DNA from: Lytechinus pictus
Lineage: Eukaryota
Direction: 5' to 3'
Assembly: GCF_037042905.1 (NCBI RefSeq)
Contig: NC_087250.1
Coordinates: 12,588,001 to 12,652,000 of the forward strand
Length of the DNA: 64,000 nt
The notes below the pieces were generated by a model, which had not been told where the DNA came from, did not search any database, and saw nothing but the letters and a program-made list of their open reading frames with translations. Shown here piece by piece: positions 1-16,384 of the stretch; position 1 is the stretch's first letter; each line of letters begins with the position of its first letter. The translations under genes and the position numbers were made by a program.

Positions 1-349
1 CGTCATAGCTACCCCATATCTTTAGGTTCTAGCTCTCATATTTTTCAGCTCCCTGGTTTTTTGGAAGAAAAAAAAACGAGGCGAAAGAAAAGAGTGAAAT
101 AAATTAAATACGATTAATCAAAATTTGAGTTGTTTGAAAGAATTATACTTATCAGAGAAACTAAATTAAATTCTACAACCATGAAGAATAACAGCAATCT
201 TGATAAATTCTATTTTTTTTCAAAATCAGAACCAATCAACCTTTTTCTGATTATTCTGTCACTTTCCATATTTTGGAGAAAAAAATAAAAGTGTTCATCG
301 ACGCCCTGTACTGCATGATGAAACTGTATCCCCACTCGGCCCTCGTAAC

Positions 350-2724
<2,375 letters not shown>

Positions 2725-4026
2725 CTCGTAACCCCCCCCCTCTCCCTCTCCCCCTCCCCCACCACAATGCCCCTTGCTCATTTCTCTTATCTCACCTTGA
2801 CCTTAATTAATTAATCTTAACTATTTGGCGGTACAGTCAAACGTGACTGGTCGCCATCATAGTTTCATCCCCAACAAACAAGGAACAAACAATAACAATT
2901 CTGTTTTTCGACCCAACATCATTCCTTTCAATACGCGTAAGGCTATATACGTGGGCATGCACAAACAACGTGGGTTAACAAAAACTGACCCGCGTTTGGA
3001 CTAAAATTGTGATTAAAATAAAAATGTTATAAATATGAAAAAAATATGTGTATAATGAAGGATATCTGATAAACGGAAAAACATCAATCGCTAATTCATA
3101 AAAATGCTGGAAAAGATATGACAGAGGTTTTTAACAACGGTAATCAAGGGGAATTAGTGTATGGGTGAATGGCGTTCGAGCTTTAGCCGGAGAGGGCGCG
3201 GGCCAAATCTGCCTGAATCTGGCAATATGGCGTCGTCCATTAAGCTGACGTTAGCCAGCGGCGACTGCACGTACGTGGACCATAAATTGGTTTCCACGGA
3301 AGCAGAATACAGGGTCATGATCGGAAAGGTCACGATATCCTTATATGGAAATTTCATGCACATATTTAGAGTGTAACATGTGAGGATCGTTGATTTTTCT
3401 GAGGGGATGTTTTTAGTCATTTTCAGGGCGTTTTCAAAAATACGCGAAGTTAAGCGCCACGCGTCATTTCCCCCCAAATACCGGCGGTGTGCTTGGAGTT
3501 AAATATTGATTAGAAATATGAATTCTTCATGAAAAAAGGTGAGAAGCGAGACAGAGCATATTGACAATACAATAAAAATGGAGGTAAAGAAATTAAAACT
3601 ATATACTTATTTTTAAACTCACAGGAATGTTTTAAAAAGTAACAAAAAATTATGTTCACGCAGGAATGGATGAATTTAGCATTTCAAGCAGACTGTGTGC
3701 GCATACGCTGTGCTATGCCTACAGTCATACGTAGCTCAAAATTTTCTGCTCATGCTCAGTGCATGCATTTTTTAATTTTGTTCCTAAAGTGTGTGAACTA
3801 AAAAAGGTCAAATTTCTTGATTTTGATCACTTGGACCAAGTTTAGGCTTTCTGTATTATTGTCAAATATTTTTTTTTTTTTTTTCAAACTTGAAAATTCC
3901 AGGAAATGTCTATGAATTTCGCGAAATTCGGGATTCAGTTATGGGAAATTTGTTTTAGATCTGTGGAAACACTGATGTTGTCTTCTGCATCCTACCGTAT
4001 AACCATTAATGATGAGGCAAACTTAC

Positions 4027-4177
4027 ACAGCGAGTCGTCCATTGCAATCCTGTGGAAGCGTTGGCAGGTCAGCGCACACTGGACCAGCATGTGTTGTGGA
4101 AGATGGGAGAAGATAAGTAGCAGGATCTCATCGGGCAGGAGCTGCCAGATTGACAGTGACTCGGATCCTCTAGGACT
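4027..4177 (-). CDS. F-box protein, coding exon 3 (F-box domain); gene continues downstream
   Basis: Acceptor ttctgctcAG, donor GTaagt; 151 nt, phase 0->1; SPRGSESLSIWQLLPDEILLLIFSHLPQHMLVQCALTCQRFHRIAMDDSL(W) fits the F-box consensus LPxEILxxIFxxL...VCxxF...SLW. Confidence 0.9.
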
Positions 4178-4865
4178 CTGAGCAGAAATGAAAGGATAAA
4201 AGGGTACGTCGCCACTTGGTCAAAATTGAGGCCACAGGAGAAAATAGTTTCAACTGTAAAACTACTACTTGGTCAATAAACACTTCACTTTGTCTTTTTT
4301 GTGTTTGGACTCATGGCCATAAGTTGAGCATTTTTTTAATACAGTTTTTACCAAAAATTCTCACAAAATTCACCATAGTGTGCACCAAATCTTACAATTT
4401 CCCTTTAGAAAATGCAAAAGTGCCCTATGTCAAGCTTTCTCAACACCCAGTTTCTTCCAAAAATGCACCTTGCTCCCCCCCCCCTCCCCTCATTAGTATG
4501 GCAATGTTGCCAAGAGCTCTATTGGGGATACCCAAGAGGAAAATTGTTGGAATAGAACTGTTTTAAGTGATGGAACCAACATATTTTATTTTATTACAGT
4601 GTAAATGGTAGAAAGGAGGACCAAAAAAGACCAATAACGGGCACTCTTCTCATTTTGAAATAGAAATAGTAACGATATTGATTGATTCATGGTGTTGCAT
4701 GAATTCATGTGGTCGACGAATCTCTCAGGATTAAGACGAAAGGGCGACATCACAAGAAGAGTGTATGTTGCACGCTTGTTTCATGAAACATACAAATTGC
4801 CCCGCCCCTCCCATCTTTAGTAAGGTCAAAACATTCCACTACGTAACACTTTAGTGCCTACTTAC

Positions 4866-4942
4866 ATCTTGAATGAGTTGTAAAGTTAACGGGGGAACAC
4901 CAACAGATCCACGTCCTTCTAACACCCTAGACACGGTGCCAT
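4866..4942 (-). CDS. F-box protein, coding exon 2
   Basis: Acceptor cctgtAG, donor GTaagt; 77 nt, phase 1->0 exactly bridges the flanking exons; (D)GTVSRVLEGRGSVGVPPLTLQLIQD. Confidence 0.8.
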
Positions 4943-5371
4943 CTACAGGTATTGGGGAAGAATGTAGAAAATCATAGATAAAAAATGTTTTCTGGGTGTG
5001 GGTGCTACTTAAGGCAGCACAAATTCATACATTGAATACTGCTGACACCTATAGTGATATGCAAAAATTGAAATTCTCCATCAATGAGAGCAATTATATT
5101 TTAAAACATGAATCAGATGAGTGTTCTAACACTCATTGACTTATTGCAAGGTAGGACAACAATTTCATACGGGAGAGCATTTATAATGAAAGCAAAATGA
5201 AGAACAAATGTAAATTGAGCAAATTGTCTGAAAATAATGAGTTTATACCAATGAATGAACAAATCCTGCTTGTAAACTGTTATCAAATTGGCATGCTTTT
5301 AAATAGTAATGTCTGCTTATATGTAAATGTGTAATTAGTGATATCATTGCACATTCATAACAATTGCTTAC

Positions 5372-8300
5372 CAAATATCTTAGAAGACCGTACTCTGACA
5401 AACTCCCCATCTCTCTTAGACATCGGACCTGCAACTGGAGGCTTGCTCTTCCTTGCAAATTCTCTGTTGACCCTCGACTGACCTACTTTGACCTTTGAAC
5501 CTGAGGCTGAAAGGTCACTGATAGAGCGGTCGCCTTCTAAGAGACTAGAGGTGAGTTTGTGTTGGGTCATCCATGCCATACTTGACTGGGGCCACTTCCT
5601 GTCATAGCTCTTGTCTGGGGAGGAATACATCTTTGAATGGGCACTGGTGGGGCGGGCGTTACCTTTCTTAGTGGCAGTTCTCTTTGGGTTGGCACTGCTT
5701 GGTCTTGGTTTGCTTGTCTTTTGGAAATCCTGTCTCTGCTCGCGAGAATCTACATCATCTTTCGAGACTGAGAAGCTCACTCTGTTCTGGTCAAACGTTT
5801 CACCAACAGTGTCCTGGCCCTCAGGAACCACAAAACTGGATGCTGCGGGAGGGTTGAAGTTAGATATTCTGTCGAGGACTTCATTCTCGTCTTCCAAGGG
5901 TGCTTCATACCTTGGTGAATGCATGAAGGGGGCCCCGACTTCAATGTCTATAAGACTATCGTGGCTGTCTTCAAGCTGGGCAAGTACATCAGCGTCTGGT
6001 CTATCCGTTTGCATGCTGGACGATAAACTCAGTCTCAGTGATGGCTGGTTTTCACTGGTTGAGGAAGACTCTGATGCTAGATTCCTCACTGGGGACACTA
6101 TAGCTCTTGGTGAGGAAAGCTTTCTCATTCTCCTGTCCTTTTCATGGTACTGTCTGATTTCATCCCTGTGGGCATCTGGTGTCCTAGGACTCTTCCTGGG
6201 TCTTGATCTCTGTGGAGAGTTCCGCCTAAGCTTTGGAGAACCCCTATTTGGTGTTGTTAGCCTAGTATTACTTGGCTTAGACGATGGAGGCGGCTTAGGT
6301 TGTTTCCTGGCTGATGTCAGGTCCACTTCAAAAGCAACACCTTGCTTTGCATTTCCTGGCACTTGTTTAGGTTGGGACATCGCATTTATTGCAGCATTAG
6401 CTTTAGTTCCAGTAACATAACTTTCAGTGTCTTGAGGATCAAAGACAAAGGACACACCAAATTTGGACTGTTGAATGTGAGAATGGAACGGAGTGTTGAC
6501 ATTGGGATCTGCCAGGTTGTTTTCACTAACATCTTCAGATAGATCGTAGGTTCTCCTCAATGCTTCAGTTTCAGCTCTCGATTGTCTTGAAATTGTTGTT
6601 GCATCCAGTACTTCTTCAATCATATCTGTGGAGTCTAGGTCACTTGTTGTCAAGACACCAGCCTTGCTGTAGTCCCTCACTTCCTTGAGGGGCGAAATAG
6701 CTCGACTATCAGGCCGAAAAGTTTCAAGCCCCAGGTCAGAATCGAGTGTTCTGTTCGCCACCTGAATAGTGGCATCATCAGTAGAAGAATCAGCATCATG
6801 GCTCAAAAGAACACTGGATCCCTTACTATAACATCTCATAGGATCTGTCAGAGGGGATTCTTTGGAGTCAAACAATCCAAGCTTTTCTAAGAGATCAGCA
6901 GTAACTGCTGGTTCTCTAACCTTACCAACTACACTGGAATTTTCCTCCTCGAGGACATCTCTAACAGAAAATTCTTCACAAGCATATTCTGATTCCTTTT
7001 CTCCTTGGTGCAAACCATCTTCTCGGCCAGAAGGAAGTACTCCAGAGCTGTATGTTGCTTCCTTGCTTTCAAAAGGTACAGGATCGAACTGATTCACTGA
7101 TTTATCCGAATAAGGAACAATATCATTCTCCTCTAATGCTTTCGCTGAACCATTCTGTAAATCGAGCTCATATTCTTCGGCACTGAGTTCTGCTTCCGTC
7201 TTCTTTATAGCATCATGTACACTGTATGATAGTAATGAACTCTGATTTAATGGCGGGACAGTTTCGTTTTCACACACAGAAGCAATTATTGATTTCTCTT
7301 CAAATTTTCTTTCTGGCATCTTCGGCGCAAACAGCGAATCAATCTTTCCAGAACTTCTGGAAGACCGATCCTCAACGGCAAATTCGGTAGGGTGAGTTTC
7401 CTTGTCTTTCTTTGATTTGACCTTCTCTGTCAACCCTCTGATGTACTGCCTCAGTATATCATCCCCTTGTTTGGCAGCATTACACAAAGCCCCCACATCA
7501 AAGCTCAGATCATCCATTTCTACCCCGCTTTCTTCTCCTTCATCCTTGCTTCTTCCTGCAGATTCGTCATGATCAACCCTCTCGTCCGTTGTGGTTGGAA
7601 AGGATTGTTCAGTGACGCTCTCCTGTGTCTCTGGTTGGGTTGGTCTCTGTAGAAGAACCTCATCTGATGCTGACGGTACAGGAGATAACATGTCCTCTTT
7701 TCTCTCATGGTTGGATGCCCCTTCTTTCAGCCGAGCCATGTCTGCATCCACCTCATTCCCATTAATGTCTGGTCGTCTCTGTTTCAAAGTGTCGTCCCTT
7801 GGTTGCAAACTCTTCCTTTTAGAAGAAAGTATTGATTTATAGTCTTCATTTTCAAGGAAGGATGACAGCAGTTCATCATGCAGCTTTGCCTTGACCTTGC
7901 GGATACTGAGCAAGGACTGGAGCATGTTCTCTGCAGAGTAGGCACTGTGAAACTCGGATGCCTGGAGGGCTTCACTTTCTACCTGTGAACCCAACTGCGA
8001 TTGGATGCGCCTTGATATACCCTCTTCCAGGTTGGCTTTACTCCTTAGCGCATAGCCATCCTCCAGCTCTGGTCTACCTTCTGATGATACTTGAAAATGA
8101 TGGCCTTTTCCTTGATCACTGAAGAAACTATATGATTGTGTCCCTCGGGCATCCTTCCCACTTTCAGTAGATGACGGGGACATATCATTGACAGAAGGCT
8201 TGCGATTTTCACGCAATCGGAAGAAATCTTGCAGTTCCCTATCACTGCGCGTACTCTTATCCTCTGAAGTATCTTCCACAACATAACGTGAGCTTTCGTT

Positions 8301-8921
8301 GGCTCTCTTTCTGAAGTCCTCAAATTCCGACTGTCTCCTAGAATTTGCATTACTACTTCGATACACACTGGCTGTCAATGGTCTTTGTGCAGTTTGTTCA
8401 CGATCCTGAGCCTTCTGTGGCTGTTTGGGTCTGGCTCCAGCCTTGGCACTGGAAGGCCTCAGATTATTCTTAGTAAGCCTGCTACTATCTCCTATATCTA
8501 ATCTGTAATGATCACCACGGGCTGAGGGAATAGCACTAGATGGCCTATTCTTCTTTCTTTTGAGAGGTGTCACATTCATGTAGTCATCGCCAGAAGGGCC
8601 TTGAGGATATTGGTGACCATGTCGAGGATTACCAGATCTAGCAGATGATGGACGGCTACTCTTGACGCTCGGCGACTTGTCGCCTCTTGTCCTGTCATGG
8701 AAAACTTGCTGTTGATGTATGCTTTTGCCTTTTCTGGTAGTTCCACTCCCCATTTTAGTCCTGTCTTGCAAAGAATCTGTTGACGGACTCTTGGACTGAT
8801 GAAACCCATGGTACAAGACATCTTCCTGATGTTCGGGTTGATGTGAAGCCAAGCTCTGCTCAAAGTAGGCAAGTCTCTTTTCCCTCACTTCCCTCCTCAG
8901 CTTTGTCCTAGATGTCTCCAT
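5372..8921 (-). CDS. F-box protein, giant coding exon 1 (~1183 aa, Ser/Arg/acidic, likely disordered)
   Basis: 1188-codon ORF; acceptor ttctaaAG (exon starts 8948); in-frame stop just before GCCATGG start; donor TTTG|GTaagc at 5372 (phase 1). Confidence 0.9.
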
Positions 8922-9041
8922 GGCTTATCCGTTACTTCCATCCAGTACCTTTAGAATAACAAGCAAACAAACAAAAAACGTGAAAATGAATTGTTAGAAT
9001 AAACTGCCTCTCAAATACTTGATATGTCAACATGTATGTAA

Positions 9042-12000
9042 TAGTCTAGGAGATGGGGGGCTTTATTCAGAATTTTTGGTGGGGAAGGTTTGACAGGCTT
9101 ATCTGGGGTAAAATTGTGTGCTGATTCCAAAAATGTCAGTCTTATTGACCGTACTCACGACATTTTAGCCATTTTGGCCAATTATTGACCAAAAATGACC
9201 AATTTGACCACGCTTTGGAAAATGGTCCCTTAACAGAATGCTTATGTGCCCACATCCAATTAAAAGGGTCTATCCTAAGTAAAAATTCACCCAGATTCCA
9301 GATAAAGTGGTTTCATTTGCCAAATCACAATAGAAGTGGTCATTTTGGCCATGTTTTGACCAAAATTGACAATTTTCATGAATTTTTTGTCCGAAATGTG
9401 TTACAAATATTGATCAGAACTACGATTGGATGTCTTTAGAAATCCACATTTATTTTCAAAATGTGTGCTAGATCATAACAATCAACCTCATGTAATTTAT
9501 TCCGTCAGTTTTGACCTATGAGGGTCATTTTGGGTACTTTAGACATAACTGACCATTCGCTCAGTTTTGCATAATAAACTGCAAATCGGAAGGAATTTGA
9601 GGTCTTCAGCTTGTTTTATATTCTTCCCTTATAAAATGAGAATGCATTTAAAGGTCTATCTTGTGTAGAATTTTATGCTGATTCCAAATATATCAGTCTT
9701 AATGACCCTATCCAAGAGCTTATGTCATTTTGGCCACTTATGGCCCTCAAAATGACCAATAACAGTTCAAGTTATCTAAAAATGTTTCAGTATTACCAGG
9801 ATCGTTACAAAGGTGTGCCGTGACACCAAATATTGGTGTATTAATTCTTTAAATTGAACATCTCAAAAGTATTTTGATCTCATGTAACTAATTCCATCAG
9901 TTTTGACATTTGAGGGTCATTTTGGGTACTTTAGACATTACTGACCATTCGTTCAGTTTTGCGTAATAAACTGTTCAAATAGGCAAAGATTTGAAGTCTT
10001 CAGCGTGTATTATTTTCTTCCTTTATAAGATGGGAATGCATTTAAGGTCTATCTTGTGTAAAATTTTATGCTGATTCCAAATATGTCAATCCTAATTACC
10101 CTATTCAACAGCTTATGGTCATTTTGGCCACTTATGGCCCTCAAAATGACCAATAACATAAGTTCAATTAATCAAAAAATACTTTGAATGTTACCAGAAT
10201 CGTTACAAGGGTGTGCTGTGACACCAAATATTGGTGTATTAATTCTTTAAATTGAACATCTCAAAAATATTTTGACCTCATGTAAATTATTCCATCAGTT
10301 TTGACATATGGGTTCATTTTGGGTACTTTAGACATTACTGACCATTCGCGCAGTTTTGCGTAATAAACTGTTCAAATAGGCAAGAATTTGAGGTCTTCAG
10401 CGTGTATTATATTCTTCTCTTATAAGATGGGAATGCATTTAAGGTTCTAACCTTTGTAAAATTTTATGCTGATTCCAAATATGTCAATCCTAATTACCCT
10501 ATTCAACAGCTTATGGTCATTTTGGCCACTTATTGCCCTCAAAATGACCAATGACATCAGTTCATTTTATCAAAAAATACTTCGGATGTTACCAGAATCG
10601 TAACAAGGGTGTGCTGTAGGATCTAACATTTGTGTAAGAAACCTTGAAATTGAACATCCCCAAAGTATTTTGACTACCTTGGTCATTTTGGCCACCTTGA
10701 CCCCTGGGCTTGACCCCTGTCCAATGTGAATGTTAATTCAGCCTGTAGCGAACATGGTGAGGAGACAATCAGGACTGCGTTAATATTAGCTTCAATTATT
10801 GTTAAATGGGGAAAGTTTGAAAGCTTTTAGGTGAAAATCAGTACAATCATTCCACATAATCCAGTGTTATTGGCCTAACTATTGGACCCTGTGGTCATTT
10901 TGACCACTTTATCCTCACCAGAGACCATTCATGCTTTGATGATTAAAAAAGGGCTCAAATGTTGGTTAGTATCATTATCAGCAAGAACTACCAATAATCA
11001 GTGAAGAGTGTTGATAAATGTGATAAAATCCTTTACATCGAGCATATAAGGTGTTTGACTATGCACTGTGGTCATTTTCATGATTTTAGCCACCTTGACC
11101 ATATAGTAAATGTAAATAGAAACTTCACATATATGGGACAGCAAATTCAGGAATGAGACATTTTAGCATCATTCAGTGTTAGGACATAACCCTAAACTTT
11201 CTGAAGTAGATTAATTTAATGATTCCATATATACATATCAGTCTTAATGACCATTTATGAGCTAGTGGTCATTTTGGTCCCGACAATGACCAATGACATC
11301 TAAATGTATCAAAAAAGATTCAAATGTTGTTGTTGCTCTGTGTTGTTAATAAGATGTTTTATATCAATTATAATAAGTGACGAATTACTTATTGATTTCA
11401 ATATAATATTACTAACAGTACGTAATCAAAATGTTGTGACCATTTTGGTCATTTGGGCCACTTTGACCATTTTATATAATGTACACTGCAAAAACTCCGG
11501 TGTTGATTTAACACCAGCCCGGAATTTATATATGTCCACACCAGAGAAGTGTTAAACAGCACCAGTTACGTTTTGGTCTAACACCAGAAAGGTGTTTATA
11601 CAACACCAATTAGTATTAAAACAGCATCGGCTTGATTCAAAACTGGTGTTGTTTCAATACTTATCTGGTGTGGACATATATAAATTCCGGGCTAATGATA
11701 AATCAACACCATGCAGAGTTTTTGCAGTGTATAACTTTAGCAGTAAATAAACATGACTGTGGAGCAATTATGCAAATGCGTTCAATCCCTTTCGATTAGA
11801 AATATTACAAGCTCACATTGAGTAACTTTTTTTCCAAATACCTATCTACGGTCTATTGTGGCCCAATTGGTCACTGCCTGCTCCTTCAACAGCCAGAACA
11901 TCATTCCATATGTTCTGGATGAAGGCACTAATCCTCAATTCAAAGGTGCGTCATTACAAAGCAATTGGTCAAAGTGAATTTCATGAATAGATTTAACTAT

Positions 12001-14910
12001 CATGCATTCTACCACCTTTGCCATATGTATAATGTTTCACAAACCTCACATTGGCATGATTGGTGAAGTTGAAAGTGGAAAACTTGCCCTAAATTGTTAG
12101 AGTGGCCAAAAATCGGCACAGAGAATAATTTCATATAGAATGTGTTTTATTACCAAGCATTTCTTCAAAAGAATTCAGGGTAAATATGAGGTTTTTGAAG
12201 CGTTGTACAAAAAACTCCAAGATGGTCAAAATGAATGATGGTCAAAACTCTTCATGAAGTCCACTGTGACCAATATTGCTTTGTAAAGATTCTCAGTATA
12301 ATTTGACTTTAAAGAAGGTAAATATTGCTGGCTTTTTAGGACCATACAGTGACCAAAGGGGCCACGGTAAACAGTCGCAAGATATTTGGTACAATTCTTA
12401 CTCAAGGTGAGCCTTTAAATATTTCCAATAAAAGGGATTGAACGCACTTTCATAGACCTACAATTGCTGCTCAATCATGTTTATTTCAAAATTCACACAT
12501 TGGATAAATGGTCAAAGTAGCCAAAATGACCCAAATTGTCAAATTTTGATTATGTACCATTGATCATACCATATTGAATTAAACGATTTGTCACTGATTC
12601 AAAAATACACAACAAAATTTGATTTTTTTTATTCATGCAATTGTAATTGGTAATTGCAGGGACCAAAAGCGACCAAAATGACCACTAGTTTGTAAATAGT
12701 CATTAAGACTGATATATTTGGAATCATTGTATTAATCTACTTCAGAAAGTTTGGTTATATGTCCTATCTAGCATTAAATTATGTAAAAATATCTAATTCC
12801 TGAATTTGCTACCCGCTATAATTGAAGTTTCCATTAATATTTACGAAGAGGTCAGTGAGCCTAAAATCATGAAAATGACCAAAGTGCATGGTCAAACAAC
12901 CTTATGTATAGGTACTCGATTTGAAGGTTTTATCATATTTTTCAACACTTTTGATTATTGTTGTCGTAGCTCACGCTGATAATGATATTAAGCAACATTT
13001 GAGCCCTTTTCAAACCAAAGAATGTGTGGTTACTAGTCATATTGAGGAAAAAATGATCAAAATGACCACAGGGTCCAATAGTAATAGGCCAATAACACTG
13101 GCTTATATGGAATCATTGCATTGATTTACACCCCGTAACTTTCAAACTATTCACATTTAACAATAATTGATGCTAATTTTAACGCAATCCTGAATGTCTC
13201 CTCGCCATGTTCGATATAGGCTTAATTAGTATACACATTGGGTAGTGGTCAATGTGGCCAAAATGACCAAGGTGTTCAAAATACTTTTTGGATGCTCAAT
13301 TTAAAGGATTCATAAACACCAGTGATAGGTGTCACGGCACTTCCTTGTAACGATTGTAGTAACATTCAATTTTTTTTTGGATAAATTTCAGTATTGAACT
13401 GATGGAATTGGTCATTTTGAGGGACAAAAAGTGGCCAAAATGACCATAAGCTATTTAATAGGCTTGTTAAGACTGATATATTTGGAGTCAGCATAACATT
13501 CTACACAAGATTGACCTTTAAATGCATTTCCATAGAAGAAAAGATACGCTGAAGGCCTTAAAATCCCCACCTATTTGCACAGTTTATTATGCAAAACTGC
13601 GCGAATGGTCAGATACATATATGTCTATAGTATCCAAAATGACCCTAGGTCACTTACATGAGGTCAAAATACTTTTGAGATGTTCAATTCAAAGGATTAA
13701 TACACCAATGTTAGGTGCCACAGCACACACTTTGTTACGATTCTGGTAACATTTAAAGTATTTTTGGATAAACTGAACTGATGTCATTGGTCATTTTGAG
13801 GGCAAGAAGTGGTCAAAATGACCACACGCTGTTGAATAGGGTCATAAGACTGATATATTTGGAATCAGCATAAAATTCTACACAAGAAGGACTTTTTAAT
13901 GCATTTAATTTTATAAGGGAAGAAGAAAAACATGCTAAAGACCTAAATTTCCTGCCTATTTGAACAGTTTATATTGCAAAACTGAGCGAATGGTCAGTAA
14001 TGTCTAAAATACCCAAAATGACCCTCACAATTATGTCAAAACTGATGGAATAAGTTACATGAGATCAAAATACTTTTTGAGATGTTCAATTTAAAGAATT
14101 AACACATCAATATTTGGTGTCACATCACAGGCTTGTTACGATTCTGGTAACATTGAAAATATTTTTAAATAAATTATTGAACTGATGTCATTGGTCATTT
14201 TGAGGGCCATAAGTGGCCAAAATGACATAAGCTCTTGGATAAGGTCATTAAGACTGATATATTTGGAATCAACATAGAATTCTACACAAGATAGATCTTT
14301 AAGTGCATTCCCATTTTACAAGGGAAGAATATAAAACAAGCTGAAGACCTCAAATTCCTTCCGATTTGCACAGTTTATTATGCAAAACTGAGCGAATGGT
14401 CAGTTATGTCTAAAGTACCCAAAATGACCCTCATATGTCAAAACTGACGGAATAAATTACATGAGGTTGATTGTTATGATCTAGCGCACATTTTAAAAAT
14501 AAATGTGGATTTCTAAAGACATCCAATCGTAATTCTGATTAATATGTGTAACACATTTCGGACAAAAAATTCAGGAAAATGGTCATTTTTGGTCAAAACG
14601 TGGCCAAAATGACCACTTCTATTGTGATTTGGCAAATGAAACCACTTTATCTCAAATCTGGGTGAATTTTTACTTAGGATAGACCCTTTTAATTGGATGT
14701 GGGCACATAAGCATTCTGTTAAGGGACCATTTTCCAAAGCATGGTCAAATTGGTCATTTTTGGTCAATAATTGGCCAAAATGGCTAAAATGTCGTGAGTA
14801 CGGTCAATAAGACTGACATTTTTGGAATCAGCACACAATTTTACCCCGGATAAGCCTGTCAAACCTTCCCCACCAAAAATTCTGAATAAAGCCCCCCATC
14901 TCCTAGACTA
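9042..14910. mobile_element. 5.9-kb palindromic (foldback) non-autonomous DNA transposon, tentatively Academ-like
   Basis: Termini TAGTCTAGGAGATGGGGGG...CCCCCCATCTCCTAGACTA; 3-bp TSD TAA (9039-9041/14911-14913); arms are inverted copies to about 12120; ~395-bp subrepeats x3 per arm; no transposase ORF. Confidence 0.85.
11484..11729. mobile_element. MITE with CACTG termini inserted in the left arm of the palindromic element
   Basis: CACTGCAAAAACTC...GAGTTTTTGCAGTG flanked by TA; absent from the right arm; partial copy at ~1409-1475. Confidence 0.8.
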
Positions 14911-16384
14911 TAATCACAGGCTTATCACTGCATTGTATGTGCTAATATCTTCCATCAGAGCTTGACCTTTATCATTCATCTGTTTTTCAAATTACAAGTA
15001 TGGGATGCAATTGACCATGAAATCATGTATTCTGTTTTTGATGGAATTTACATGTACTTGTAGACCCTAAATAAAATCATAATTATTTTCACTCCAAAAT
15101 AAGTAATAACACATTTTTTCACACAAGTTCCAAAATTGGCAACGTCAGTCAAAATTACACAACATTTCTTAAAGGTCAAGTCCACCCCAGAAAAAAATCT
15201 TTGAATAAATAGAGAAAAATCAAACAAGCGTAACACTGAAAATTTCATCAAAATCGGATGTAAAATAAGAAAGTTATTATGACATTTTATAAAGTTTCGT
15301 TTATTTTTCACAAAACATTGATATGCACAACTCGGTGACATGCAAATGAGACAGTCGATGATGTCCCTTACTCACTATTTCTTTTGTTTTTTATTGTTTG
15401 AAAAATACAATATTTAATATTTTTACAGATTTGACAACAAGGACCAACTTGACTGAACCATATGAACAATGCTAATGTTCAGGGGGAATAAATCGTTGTT
15501 TCACTTGACAATGAGGATAAAATTAGAATATTTCACAGGGCATAAATTAATCGACGGCCAGGCCGTCGATGCCCCGATAACTGGCCGGGATGCCCTTACA
15601 AAAAATTATCAATTCATAGCCAACAAGGCCGTGCCCTTTTTTTCTGACTGGCCGACGTGCCCTTTTTTCAAAACTGGTCATGCCCTTTCTCAGTGTGAGA
15701 TTAAAGTTTAAAAAGTTCTCCCATATTTCACAAGCAAAAATACAGAAGAGAGAGATAAAAAAATCAAAGTTAACAACTTCTCTCAATTCAAACTGCAAGC
15801 CATTTTCCGAGATTTTCTTGGATCTACACACAGACACACGCAAAGTCAGCATGCAGTGTACATACATACTAGCTGCTGCACGTGGCCTGGCCTGCCTGCC
15901 TGTGTTGTGTGTGGCAGGCTTGCATGATCGGAGGAGATTTGCTAACTCTGAATGAAGTGAACAATCTCACATGATTAACAGTTTTTCCAACAAAATAATC
16001 ACATAATCGGCAGGAAATTTTTATAATTACATGTAATAGATTCTCAGATTAATCATTTGGTGATGTAATCGGAGGAGCAAGTTATTGAGTTTTCATTACT
16101 AGATCGGTCTCGTTGTTCAGCTTTTATTTTGAGTCTTCTTCGCACCGATAACAAGACACGGCGATGGGAAGAGAGATGCCTATCCTGTGTAGGTGTGATG
16201 CCGCGATGTTTCACCTAATTTTTAAGTTTGACAATGTTTTACTTTGAAATTTTATTCGTTTCAAATACATTTTAGTTTTCTATTTCTAACAATTTTTAGA
16301 AATATTATTAAAAAAAGCAAATATCAGTAAGATTTTTGTTAGATGATTACATTTGTTTTGTTTGCTTGAAGTTTGACAATTTTT

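Noticed and set aside
5611..6420. 269-aa plus-strand ORF
   Set aside because: Antisense shadow of the real minus-strand exon; no recognisable domain
9185..14767. Two near-identical 84-aa ORFs on opposite strands
   Set aside because: Consequence of the inverted arms of the palindromic element; no transposase motifs
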